From a virus, in IMG/VR virus record IMGVR_UViG_3300031918_000006, positions 1 through 64,000 of that record: 64,000 nucleotides of DNA; one strand, given 5' to 3'. The notes under the pieces are model-generated. The model saw nothing but the letters and a program-made list of their open reading frames with translations. It had not been told where the DNA came from and did not search any database. Numbering within the stretch: the stretch's first letter is position 1; each line of letters begins with the position of its first letter. The position numbers were made by a program, and so were the translations under genes. This document shows, piece after piece, positions 31,101-39,969 of the stretch.

Positions 31101-33481
31101 TACATGTAACAGATGCTTTTAAAAATGGTTTTAGAATTTTTGAAGGATTAAATTATAGAGATTATACAATTGAATTTGGAGCTATTACTAAGATTATTTC
31201 TTGGTTTGGTAACTTAATAGTTGTGTTTGAAGCTGGTGTAGGTATTCTCCCAATCAATGAGAGAACTTTAGCTGGACAATCTGAAGGTGAGAATGTTTAT
31301 CTTCGTAATGCTGGTGTACTTCCAGAAAAACCAATGATGGTTTCTCATGGTATAGGCAGTGCTTGGTCTGATTCTATTCAGATTTCTAAAAATTATATTT
31401 ATGGAGTAGATGCTGTTGCAAAAAAAATCTGGAGAACTGATGGTAAGAAATTCGAAGTAGTTTCTGATTTTAGAGTACAAAAATTCTTGAATGATAATAT
31501 CTCTTTTACTATTTATGATAAAACTCCTTTAATTGGTTTACGTAATGTAGTTACCCATTATAATATATTTAAAAATGACTTAATGTTTACCTTCTATGAT
31601 CAAACATTTAATGAGGAGGAAAAAGCATGGAGTTTATGTTACAATGAACAATTAAATAATTGGGTTACAAGATTTTCTTGGATGCCTGCATTCTCTGAGA
31701 ATATTAGCAACACCTTCTTTACATTTGCTAGAGGTACTTGTAAAGTGACTTCAATGATTTCTAAATCAATTGATACAGCAGATGGTCTTGGTAATATCTA
31801 TATTAATTCTATACAAGAGAACAAATTAAATACAGGAGATTATCTCTCATTATTTTATGAGAAAAATTTAGAGGACACTCTCCCAGTTGTTACCGGCACA
31901 ATAGTACAAGGAACTGTTTTATCAACTCCTCTCTCTATTGTAGAAACTACTCCAATTTTATTTTCAGATGGGCCTTCTTCTAATAAACATCCTATGTATT
32001 CTGGAACTAATTACTCTTCTGGATATGATAAAGTTTGGACATTTACTCCAGAATCAGGGAAATTACTAACAGTATATGATAAACAGAATATATTATTAGC
32101 TCTTTCTGATAATAGTAAACTGTATTTTTACAGGTCTGCTAATAGTTTAAATACAATAACTTATGGACAAGATGAATTAATAGATATTCACGTTAATGGT
32201 GATGTAATTTCCAATATGCAAACTACTTTAGCTAAGCCTAATTTAAAAATTAATTTTGTAGTAGCTCCTGTTACTTTATACAGTACTCCAGAGTTAAATA
32301 AAGTACAGGCAGACTCCATTGCAAGAGATGGATGGTTATTTGCAATAGGTTGTATAAATTCTGCATCTGCTTCCCTTGATACTCAGGAATATTTCCTAAC
32401 TTTGCAGGGAAAAGAATTGTATAAGAATCCTACTTTTAATTATAGTTTCGCAGGTAATGCCAGTACAACTGTTTATGATAATCAGTATTTTGAAATTAAT
32501 AAAAACACAGCTATTGTAGATGGTAAAACTGTAGAGAGTAGTTATATAGCTATTAATCCACAAGCACTTTATGCAGATACTCCTGATGTGAAATTTACAA
32601 AATTGCTAAACTTCTTTGATAGAATATATTTTGCATTTTTAGTAAACTTAAATGTAATTTTAAATCCTCTCGGAAATCAAGGTACTACTGGAGTTTCTGG
32701 AAGTGATAAATTTCAAGATTCTTTATATATTAGACCTAGTTTAGAAACATTAACTAGCTTACTTACTTTATTTAGTAATAGTTTAACTTGTCCTCCTTTA
32801 AGAGGAACTAGAGGTGTTTTAGCCCCTGATATTCCATTAACAGAAACTCAAAGACTTGCTTTAGTAAGTTCATTAACAAAAACTATTGAGAGATATAAAG
32901 CTAATACTACTACTAATTTGTGGAAACATGGACAATCAGGTATTTTTGAGCACGAAGGAGAATTTCTTCCAGCTAATTGGTATGGTGAACAACATTCTTT
33001 TGAATTTGAGTTTGTAGTAAATGGTGATGAATTAGGTATACATAAAATGTTTGATAATCTTAAAATTATCTCTAATAAAGTACAACCTTCTTCCTTTGAA
33101 TTTCAAATAGTAGGAGATGTTTATGATTTTACCTCAAATAATGGAGAAATAACTAAAGATCCTATGTTCCCATATGGAGATAAATATACTTTAATGAATG
33201 CTTTACAAGTAGAATATGTAAAGACAAAAGAAAAGAGATTGCTCATGCATCAACCCGCAATTAATGTAGATACAGTGGGTTTACGTAAAGGAAATGTTTA
33301 TTATAAAGAAGATATGTGGGAAGTTCAAATACAACCTATTAAAGTTAAAAAAGTATCTTCTGGAAAAATGACAGAAACTAAAATCAGAGATAAATATTGT
33401 ATAGTAAAAATACAATATACTGGAGATCAGTTAGCAATCATTACTGCACTCCAGACTTTATATACATTAAGTTACTCATAA
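28148..33481 (+). CDS. Tail stabilization / muzzle-like protein
   Basis: 1777 aa and beta-rich, with motifs DGTVNLILSD...PRLIN, GYWDEEMYR, IYGVD...KIW, YNE.LN.W and IRDKY..VKIQY. Confidence 0.7.
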   Translation: MIKLYYTGLDLPEIDPNTYTTLLLDLASRLSYTLPVDFKFEFNVLLDKNLIEGDLSYVFKPFQNIRYSGNTDEIAGKISGELIDFSTTKLDYSINYPVEIEIQPSYDGTVNLILSDNHTPPRLINSRFSVTEGRRFYIVDREGNKDTNIYDDDKIDNQTRLYKTINRIPKLEFLGLDNDGKLNVGNYVFYFRLVDADGNETDIITESGIISCHIGNINDPKSIRGGMGNENSGKALTFRLTNLDSNYNFLNIYYSRSTSDYSEKEITTYYKIDTKFTIKSQSIDLKITGFEAISPITKESINVQYNIIDRNKTLAQAQNMLFLSNIHRTTIPYRELKDLSLRILPFPEQSMNIGALTPEYTPISEGKFAYFDSNNVYEYTGYWDEEMYRLAIVYIMKDYSLSDPYNIRGKDFSNNSVMTISPSNPYTNFYSEKPLYDGKGNRLYIEEEDNLLVGSKYKLENTKGVIKIGGMGITSQITNSETKPITIKVVVPIDVQTELKKYTKGFFLVRQKRIPTILCQGLSIGHDKMSGLPLLPEYSNDVKKLVHTVQGVHIYKPKYSSNYANTSYTSINAALKDTSFYRLPSKGESFFTFVNDSILKSASIENLNPGGALLVPDALLNSEYLSQMFSGSDFSLTSAKFKTISGGFQRYFSATDVPVNKTLEELDDLATHFVITDYTENLIPSSEKSKLILVPEDTTSISLDTSYYSTRAGEAEEAWRFSAFLKKELEIVETDVTLDGVTYKKESNDLIRGVFTPFIGALGTLKTSGGFYNIRTLGYSDNNVSDYFKVRYNDNSPFMAISDRYDWDRFDIDAVPQDTYKTLSLYRGDCFINQVSVRMLRNFQDPESPVNDIIVDVNTLENFKGYGVKLTDTLELNKESLEKINRGDVNAVRLGYWATFKFCSNINFAFRCVDPTYISEYALAGRPRSFHPLYSRSLSGTAKIADSGAMNVGYNSTTSDKYYYSVTDIPAIKNDFTNRVMYSQVHVTDAFKNGFRIFEGLNYRDYTIEFGAITKIISWFGNLIVVFEAGVGILPINERTLAGQSEGENVYLRNAGVLPEKPMMVSHGIGSAWSDSIQISKNYIYGVDAVAKKIWRTDGKKFEVVSDFRVQKFLNDNISFTIYDKTPLIGLRNVVTHYNIFKNDLMFTFYDQTFNEEEKAWSLCYNEQLNNWVTRFSWMPAFSENISNTFFTFARGTCKVTSMISKSIDTADGLGNIYINSIQENKLNTGDYLSLFYEKNLEDTLPVVTGTIVQGTVLSTPLSIVETTPILFSDGPSSNKHPMYSGTNYSSGYDKVWTFTPESGKLLTVYDKQNILLALSDNSKLYFYRSANSLNTITYGQDELIDIHVNGDVISNMQTTLAKPNLKINFVVAPVTLYSTPELNKVQADSIARDGWLFAIGCINSASASLDTQEYFLTLQGKELYKNPTFNYSFAGNASTTVYDNQYFEINKNTAIVDGKTVESSYIAINPQALYADTPDVKFTKLLNFFDRIYFAFLVNLNVILNPLGNQGTTGVSGSDKFQDSLYIRPSLETLTSLLTLFSNSLTCPPLRGTRGVLAPDIPLTETQRLALVSSLTKTIERYKANTTTNLWKHGQSGIFEHEGEFLPANWYGEQHSFEFEFVVNGDELGIHKMFDNLKIISNKVQPSSFEFQIVGDVYDFTSNNGEITKDPMFPYGDKYTLMNALQVEYVKTKEKRLLMHQPAINVDTVGLRKGNVYYKEDMWEVQIQPIKVKKVSSGKMTETKIRDKYCIVKIQYTGDQLAIITALQTLYTLSYS

Positions 33482-33495
33482 TAAATTAAATAAAT

Positions 33496-34533
33496 ATGGC
33501 AGATCCATTGACATCAGATCCTAAACAGCAACAATATACACCATTTAAAGCTTCCGATATTTTAAGTATCGGGAGCATATTTGGAGATGGTTCAGCTGGA
33601 GGAGGAAAAAGAGCATCATTAGTAGACGGATTAATTAATTCTGGAGTTACAGGAGCAATGGCTTATGAACAGAATAACACTAAAGGTGGTACTAAATTTC
33701 AACAAGGTTTAAATAAGAACGCTGCTATTTTTAGTGGCGTTACTGGAGCAATTAGTATGATTCCAGGCGTAGGTACTGCTATTAGTGCAGGATTAACAGG
33801 AGCAAATTATTTATTAGGTAAAACAGCTAAAAATGCCAATAGAATTGGATTAGGTTCTACTTTAGGAACTTCTTCTGGATACGGGGGAACTGCTTCTAAT
33901 ATAGGAGAGCAGGCTAGTAACATTTCTGCTTATAATAATGCAGGAGGTACTAAATTGTTTGGGGGAAATAGAGGAAAACTTAATGAAATTACAAAAAAAC
34001 TAAAAGGATTTCAAAGTACAGCAACAGGAATAGTACAAAATGCTCAAAGACAAATGGCAGCAATTCCAGGAGCAGCACAAAATATTGGTATGCAAAATGA
34101 AATTAATTTTAAAGGCCTCCCAGAAGTAGCAATTGGTAAAAAAGGATTAAAATTAAATACAGAATTCTTAAAAGAATTTAGAGCTTTTAAAGCTGGCGGT
34201 AGTATTGAACTTATTAAAGGTTCTCCTCAAAATGTGATTGTTGATGGTAAACTTCATAAAGAGTTAAATCACATGGAAGATGTTACTGATACTGAAATTA
34301 CTAAAAAAGGGGTTCCTGTTTTAGAAATGGAAGAGGGAGGTCAACTAGGAGAGTAGACTGCTGAGTTAGAAAGAGATGAAATTATTTTTCATCTTCAATT
34401 AACAAGAACTCTAGAAGAACTAGAAAAAGAAGGTACAGATGAGGCTATGATTAAAGCTGGTAAGATTCTTGCAAAAGAAATCTTAAAAAATACCAAAGAC
34501 TCTAGAAGTAAACTATTAAAAAATATACAATGA
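33496..34533 (+). CDS. Putative cargo/ejected protein; 345 aa if the TAG at 34354-34356 is read through (286 aa if it terminates)
   Basis: Gly/Ala-rich hydrophobic segment (AISMIPGVGTAISAGL). The frame continues for 58 codons past the TAG to TGA 34531-34533, which overlaps the next ATG. Confidence 0.75.
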
Positions 34534-35132
34534 TAACAATAGAAGTTAACGATAAAGTCTATAAAGTAGAAGTGGCTCAAACAGATGAAGAAAAAGAAAA
34601 GGGATTACAAAATGTACAAAGTCTCCCAGAAGATGAAGGATTACTATTTGATTATGGTGAACCACAATCTGTGTCTTTTTGGATGGACCAGACTTTAATT
34701 CCCCTGGATATCATCTTTATTGATGAGTATGGAGAAGTAATATCAGTAATAGAAGGAAAACCAAATGATAGAACTCCTATTACAGAGGAAAACGTATGTT
34801 ATGTATTGGAATTAAATGCAGGATCAGGTGTTAGTAAAGGAGATGATGTAGATCTTTCTGAATTAGAAGAGGATTATCAAGACGAAGAAGATGAAGAAAC
34901 TGCAGAACCTACACCTAATAAAATGCATGTATTAACTGAGAATGGGGAATCTCAGATGGAATTGGACGGTGGAGAAAGAATCTTTTCTAGAATTCACACT
35001 AGAAAATTAATATCTCTCTCAAAAAAAGCTACTAAATCTAAGAAAGATTCAGATTATAAAAAATTAGGTAAAAAAGTTTTCGATTATATTGACAAACAAA
35101 ATACTCAGAAACAGGAATTCACGCAAGTATAA
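34530..35132 (+). CDS. DUF192-family domain protein with acidic linker and C-terminal ELDGGE domain
   Basis: VEVAQT.EE..KGL, GLLF, FWM..TLIPLDIIFID and YVLELNAG. Confidence 0.85.
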   Translation: MITIEVNDKVYKVEVAQTDEEKEKGLQNVQSLPEDEGLLFDYGEPQSVSFWMDQTLIPLDIIFIDEYGEVISVIEGKPNDRTPITEENVCYVLELNAGSGVSKGDDVDLSELEEDYQDEEDEETAEPTPNKMHVLTENGESQMELDGGERIFSRIHTRKLISLSKKATKSKKDSDYKKLGKKVFDYIDKQNTQKQEFTQV

Positions 35133-35134
35133 AC

Positions 35135-35243
35135 GAGAAAAGCCGGAGACTTTACTCCGGCTTATTGCTTTGAGATATTTAAATGGGTTAAAGAGAGTCT
35201 ATTAAGACATACCTACTTTCTGTTTTGTAAACTCAAAGTCTAT
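35135..35243 (-). ncRNA. Candidate ~105-nt structured small RNA
   Basis: Bounded by a minus-strand TATATTTG (35248-35255) and the terminator at 35138-35163. Has closing stem CTTTGAG/CTCAAAG and no meaningful ORF. Confidence 0.4.
35138..35165. terminator. Probably bidirectional intrinsic terminator
   Basis: Perfect 9-bp stem AAGCCGGAG-ACTTTA-CTCCGGCTT. The A-run on the left gives a U tail on the minus strand. Confidence 0.75.
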
Positions 35244-35247
35244 ACCA

Positions 35248-35331
35248 CAAATATAAGTATTATTTTCAAGTAACCTCTTGAAAATATTATTTATTTACTA
35301 TTGTACTTTACCAAAAATTTGAGTACTTTTG
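35248..35331. promoter_or_regulatory. Divergent promoter pair with central inverted repeat
   Basis: Minus-strand TATATTTG at 35248-35255, palindrome TATTTTCAAG-N6-CTTGAAAATA at 35261-35286, and plus-strand TACTTTTG at 35324-35331. Confidence 0.6.
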
Positions 35332-35377
35332 GCATCGTATATATACAACAGAATGTTTAATTAAACTATTATTTACT

Positions 35378-35809
35378 ATGAAATTTAAAGTCAAGTATTT
35401 ACAAGAAGGAGGCCCAGTTGCCCCAGAACAAGGTGGAGCACCTGCTGCACCAGAACAAGGTGGAGCTCCCGCAGAAGGCGGGGCACCAGCTGAAGGAGGT
35501 GGTGGACAAGATCCTCTAATGCAAATTGCAGAAATGTTTTCACAAGCACTACAATCACAAGATTGCGCAGCGTTATCACAAGGAGCTCAAATGTTTCTAC
35601 AGTTGATTTCTCAAGCACAAGGTGGTGGCGCAGGCGGAGCACAAGGTGGAGCACCTCCAGAACAACCAGTCTATATGAAAAAAGGTGGAAAATTTGTTCT
35701 AAAAGGTAAAAAACCCGGAAAATTTACTAAGTTCCAAGATGACGGAACTAAAGGGGCCAATTCTACAGAAATGGAGAAAAAAGGTGGTAAAATGAGCAAA
35801 AAATGCTAA
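35378..35809 (+). CDS. Low-complexity Gly/Ala/Pro/Gln protein with basic tail (putative internal head protein)
   Basis: Has its own promoter and terminator. Contains (PEQ/AE)GGAP repeats and motifs YLQEGG, YMKKGG and EKKGG. Confidence 0.75.
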   Translation: MKFKVKYLQEGGPVAPEQGGAPAAPEQGGAPAEGGAPAEGGGGQDPLMQIAEMFSQALQSQDCAALSQGAQMFLQLISQAQGGGAGGAQGGAPPEQPVYMKKGGKFVLKGKKPGKFTKFQDDGTKGANSTEMEKKGGKMSKKC

Positions 35810-35829
35810 TTATTAAAACAAGGAAAGAG

Positions 35830-35855
35830 AGCAGGGAAATATCTCTGCTTTTTTT
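35830..35855 (+). terminator. Intrinsic terminator
   Basis: AGCAGGGA-AATA-TCTCTGCT followed by a T tract. Confidence 0.75.
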
Positions 35856-35874
35856 CTATTAAATTAATTTCACT

Positions 35875-38800
35875 ATGGGACAAGTACCAAAAAATATAAT
35901 ATATGCTGAAGCCGGGACTAAATTAACTTTTAATGTTAATGGAAAGGATGTTGCTTTAGATAAAGAAGCAGTTGAAGCTGCAGGAGCACAGAGTTTTGAT
36001 GAATTGGTAAAAGCAGGAGAATTGACTGAGAGGGATCGTCCTTCTTTTATGAAAACTGTTGGAAATTTTTCTTCACAAGCTCAAACTGGTAAATATAAAT
36101 TAAATACAGCAGGACCATCTTCTCTTATATCTATGGATTATGAAGGCCCTACTACTAATGCATTAATGGGAAAAACAGAAACTGGAGAAGCTTCTGAGAG
36201 AACCGCTGCTGGCAGATTTCTTTCTAAAAGACTTAAAAATGATGAGGCTAGCCATATGGGTAGACTTAATACTATTTTAGGCACTAAGATAGGCGCAATG
36301 GCATTAGGAGAACAAGAAAAAACTAATAAAGCTGAGGAAGCTACAAAAGTTAAAGCTGATTTACAAGCTAAAACTGCAGCTGATGCAGAAATTACAAAAT
36401 ATGCAGGAAAACCTCAACAATTTGCTGAGTATATGAATGCAAAATTAGGAGGTGGTCATAATGATGCTGTTGTTGCAGCAATGTCTCCTGATGAAAAATT
36501 AAGACATGCCAAAGAATATTTTGAAACTGTTTATCCTCAAGTGGGTAAATATGAAAAAAGTAAAGGCATTGATTTCTCAGAAATTGAAAAAAGTAAGAAA
36601 CCTGATGGAACCTATGATTACAATTCAGATTTCTTTACTAATTTTTATGGTAGATTATATGAGGATGAGGGTAGAAAACAAATGCAAGATTATTTTGGAA
36701 TCTCTCCAGTTCAAAAAGAACAAGAGACTCAAGATTTACTTAAAAAAGCCACAGAAGAAGCAGATGCAAATGCAGCAACAGCTAATCCTAATTATCATGC
36801 AGTTGGAGAAAATTTAGTAAGTAAATCTCCCCGTATTAATATAGGAGGTTTAAATTATCATGCAGTACTTTCTAAGGATCCTAAAACAGGCAAACAATCT
36901 TTAGAGTATGTAAGTCTCCCTGAAAATTTAGCTAGTGCTAAACATGATGCAATGTATACAGAATTAAAATCTGCTAAACGTATTCAAACTACACCGGGAG
37001 CTAATGGGGAAATCTTATTAAGAATGGATGGCAAATTATATCATATTCCAAAAGTAGGAGAAAATATTAAAGCAAGGCCTTCTGAAACATTTACAGGAGA
37101 AAGTCCAATTAAAACTGATATAACACAGTTAGTTCCTAGTTTAAAAAATTTTAGTTTAAACCCAACTAATGCTAATATTGCTAAACCTACAAAAAAATAT
37201 ACACGCACAGAAGATCCAGTTAATAAATGGTTGCATTCTGCAATAGGGATGGATAAAGATGGGGGAGTTATTACCTTACAAGCAGGTGGTGTTTTTGAAA
37301 ATAATATTCAAAAAAGACTTGCTGAAGAAGATGCTTATGAAGCAACTTTAAATAAACCTGAAACTACAACATCTCCAGAAACTTCTCCAGCAGCACAAGT
37401 AATTGCTAGTACAAAAGGAAAGACTTTACCAGGAGTAAAAGGAAAAGGAGCTCCTACTATTAAAGATTTATATGGAGCAGCTACTGATGATAATGTAGAA
37501 TTATCTGAGGCAGATAAACTAGATGCAGGAGCATTAGCCAGTGACTTTGCAGGTCTTGTTATAGGACTTACAGCAGGTGGAATAGGTGGATCTGCAGTAT
37601 CATCTGGTTTAGGATTAGCCTCTACTATTGCTACTGCTAAAGCTGATTATTTAAGGGATGGTACTTTTGGTATGGATGATCTTATTAAAACGGGTCTATC
37701 TTTAACAGCTGATGCTGCCACTTTATTTCCTTATTTAGGAGAAGGAGCTCAATCTTTAAAAATTGTACAACATCTTCCCAAAGTTGCTAAACTTTTAAAA
37801 TATGCTGGTTATGCAGGATTAGGAGCAGGAGCTTTGCAATTAGCTGATAAAATTCAATCTGGAGAAAAATCTATTACAGACTTAGATACTAATGATTTAA
37901 AATTAATTATTGGTGGTTTAAGAATGGCTTCTGCTGGAACTAGTATGGGAAAAACTGTTAAAAGTCAACCTGTAGAAGAGTTTGAGGGAAGAGTTATAAA
38001 TCCTGCAGGACAAGAAGTTCCAGCTACTTTTAAAAGAGTTGGAGATAGTTTTGTAACAGCTGATGAGGCTTTAAAAGATATGAAACCTGTGATGGAAAAA
38101 ACTAAATTTGGTTTAGGTAAACCTAGAATTGCAGGAAGTGCTGCTAGTGAAGTAAAAGTAACTCCAGAAGAAACAGAATCCTCTTCTTTCTTAGGAAGAA
38201 AAGCTATGGAAAGAAGGAATACTATGAGGACTGGTTTGAATAAAGAAGATAAAGCTAAAGAAATTGAATCTTTAATGCAGACTCAAAAAGCTAAAGATTT
38301 AGAAGCAATGACTACTAGAAAAGCAAAAAGTGCAGAAGGAGAAGCTCTTAAAAAAGAACCACCTAAAACACCTATCCCTACTATTATTAGAAGTAATAAA
38401 CGTGTTCCTCCTGTAGATAAAACGCCTATTACACCAGCACCTACTAGAGAAAATATTTTACAAGATATTTCTAAACAACCATTATCTCCTAAAGTACAAC
38501 AAATATTAGATAGAGTATCAGTACCAGTTCCTACCACTTCATCTGTGAATAAACCTACAGTGAAAGTTCCTAGAGTTAGTCCTGGTTCTAAAAAAGAGTG
38601 GGAAGCTGCAAAACAGTCTGAAAAAGAAACTGTTAAAATGCATAAAGCAGAAAGAAAAGGAATTAAAAACAAAACAATAGCTCCTAGACATCAAGATTCT
38701 ACATTAGCTTCTATTAATAGAAAATATCATAAAGGTGGTATCTTATATGCACAAGCTGGTACTACATTAGGAATGCAGTATGATCCAGAATCAGATTATA

Positions 38801-39969
38801 TAACACCAGGAACTGGAAAGTCTAATTTTATAATGAATACTTTAATTCCTAAATTAGCAGGATTTTCTATTAAACAACCTTTAAATACTAAAACTCCAGA
38901 CACCTTACTAGAATCTACAGCAAGAACTAGAAGGGCCACAGCAAATGGTGGATTCCCAACTTTAATGCAACAAAGATTAACACCTCAACCGATTGTATCA
39001 CATCCAGTTATACCAACAAAAAGTAGTGCTTTAGTGCAACCAAGTTCTGGGGGTTTAGGTAATTTAAAAGTAAATCTTAATAATAAATCTGCTATACAAG
39101 CAGCAGAAGCTATGAGAGTACTACTTTTAAATAAAAAAATAGGTCAGAGAGACACAAGAGTAGAAGCTCCTTTAGTATCAGCACCAGCCGAGGTAGCAAT
39201 GCCTGTGAGAGGTGATATGTTAACAGAAGCTGCTTTTGAGCAACAAGCCAATCAAATTAGAGGAAGTTATAGACCTACTTCAGATGCTACTAGAAATTTA
39301 GCAGAACGTTCTTCTTTAGAACAACAAGCTGGACAACGAATGGCACAAGGAGTTGCAGCTGATGCACAAGCTAGACAAACTTCTCAAGGTAGATCTATAG
39401 AAAATCTACTAAGAAATAATGAATTAAGATCTAGAACAACTGGTCAAAATACAGAGAGTTTAGCTAGAGCAGTACAAGGACAAAGACAAGCAGAAATTGC
39501 AAAAGGAGAAGAACAGACTGCAAATACAGATACTCTTTTGGCTTCTCAAATAACTGATAAGAAAAGTGAGATGCAACAAAAAGAGGGAATCATTAAAAAG
39601 ATGAAGATGGATCAACTCCAAAGGACTCTTGATATGTCCCCTGAATTTAGAGGATTACAACAACAATATTATCAAGAAAGTTTAAAGGGACAAGTTTCTC
39701 CTGAAACTCAAGCACGTTATGATAGATACCAACAAGCATTAGATAGAGGTACTAGCCAAGTTTATGGTTTACCTACATTTAAAACTGGAGGTTCTACTGA
39801 TGAAGTAGCCAAGTATGAAATGGATATGTATAAAGAAAGAAAAAAAGATAATAAAGAAGTAAATCAAATTTCTAATAAGTGGAAAGAAAAAGTTTCTGAT
39901 AAAAAACAAGATATCTCTGTTAAAGTTTCTAAAGAACTCACAGATTTTATCGCAAAAATTTTGAAATAA
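35875..39969 (+). CDS. Putative ejected cargo protein with membrane-inserting helices
   Basis: 1364 aa with Gly/Ala hydrophobic segments (FAGLVIGLTAGGIGGSAVSSGLGLA; AGYAGLGAGAL), a Pro-rich linker and a Q-rich coiled coil. Confidence 0.65.
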   Translation: MGQVPKNIIYAEAGTKLTFNVNGKDVALDKEAVEAAGAQSFDELVKAGELTERDRPSFMKTVGNFSSQAQTGKYKLNTAGPSSLISMDYEGPTTNALMGKTETGEASERTAAGRFLSKRLKNDEASHMGRLNTILGTKIGAMALGEQEKTNKAEEATKVKADLQAKTAADAEITKYAGKPQQFAEYMNAKLGGGHNDAVVAAMSPDEKLRHAKEYFETVYPQVGKYEKSKGIDFSEIEKSKKPDGTYDYNSDFFTNFYGRLYEDEGRKQMQDYFGISPVQKEQETQDLLKKATEEADANAATANPNYHAVGENLVSKSPRINIGGLNYHAVLSKDPKTGKQSLEYVSLPENLASAKHDAMYTELKSAKRIQTTPGANGEILLRMDGKLYHIPKVGENIKARPSETFTGESPIKTDITQLVPSLKNFSLNPTNANIAKPTKKYTRTEDPVNKWLHSAIGMDKDGGVITLQAGGVFENNIQKRLAEEDAYEATLNKPETTTSPETSPAAQVIASTKGKTLPGVKGKGAPTIKDLYGAATDDNVELSEADKLDAGALASDFAGLVIGLTAGGIGGSAVSSGLGLASTIATAKADYLRDGTFGMDDLIKTGLSLTADAATLFPYLGEGAQSLKIVQHLPKVAKLLKYAGYAGLGAGALQLADKIQSGEKSITDLDTNDLKLIIGGLRMASAGTSMGKTVKSQPVEEFEGRVINPAGQEVPATFKRVGDSFVTADEALKDMKPVMEKTKFGLGKPRIAGSAASEVKVTPEETESSSFLGRKAMERRNTMRTGLNKEDKAKEIESLMQTQKAKDLEAMTTRKAKSAEGEALKKEPPKTPIPTIIRSNKRVPPVDKTPITPAPTRENILQDISKQPLSPKVQQILDRVSVPVPTTSSVNKPTVKVPRVSPGSKKEWEAAKQSEKETVKMHKAERKGIKNKTIAPRHQDSTLASINRKYHKGGILYAQAGTTLGMQYDPESDYITPGTGKSNFIMNTLIPKLAGFSIKQPLNTKTPDTLLESTARTRRATANGGFPTLMQQRLTPQPIVSHPVIPTKSSALVQPSSGGLGNLKVNLNNKSAIQAAEAMRVLLLNKKIGQRDTRVEAPLVSAPAEVAMPVRGDMLTEAAFEQQANQIRGSYRPTSDATRNLAERSSLEQQAGQRMAQGVAADAQARQTSQGRSIENLLRNNELRSRTTGQNTESLARAVQGQRQAEIAKGEEQTANTDTLLASQITDKKSEMQQKEGIIKKMKMDQLQRTLDMSPEFRGLQQQYYQESLKGQVSPETQARYDRYQQALDRGTSQVYGLPTFKTGGSTDEVAKYEMDMYKERKKDNKEVNQISNKWKEKVSDKKQDISVKVSKELTDFIAKILK

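Noticed and set aside
34395-34580. Minus-strand 61-aa ORF filling the gap after the TAG
   Set aside because: It is the antisense shadow of the + strand read-through extension, which has better support from the ATGA coupling and the paralogous domain.
35135-35377. tRNA (amber suppressor), CRISPR array or DGR template repeat in the largest intergenic region
   Set aside because: No cloverleaf or T-loop, no repeat-spacer periodicity, and no similarity to the 28000-28138 region.
35420-35500. Short direct DNA repeats (CCAGAACAAGGTGGAGC)
   Set aside because: They are explained by the PEQGGAP peptide repeats of the 143-aa protein.
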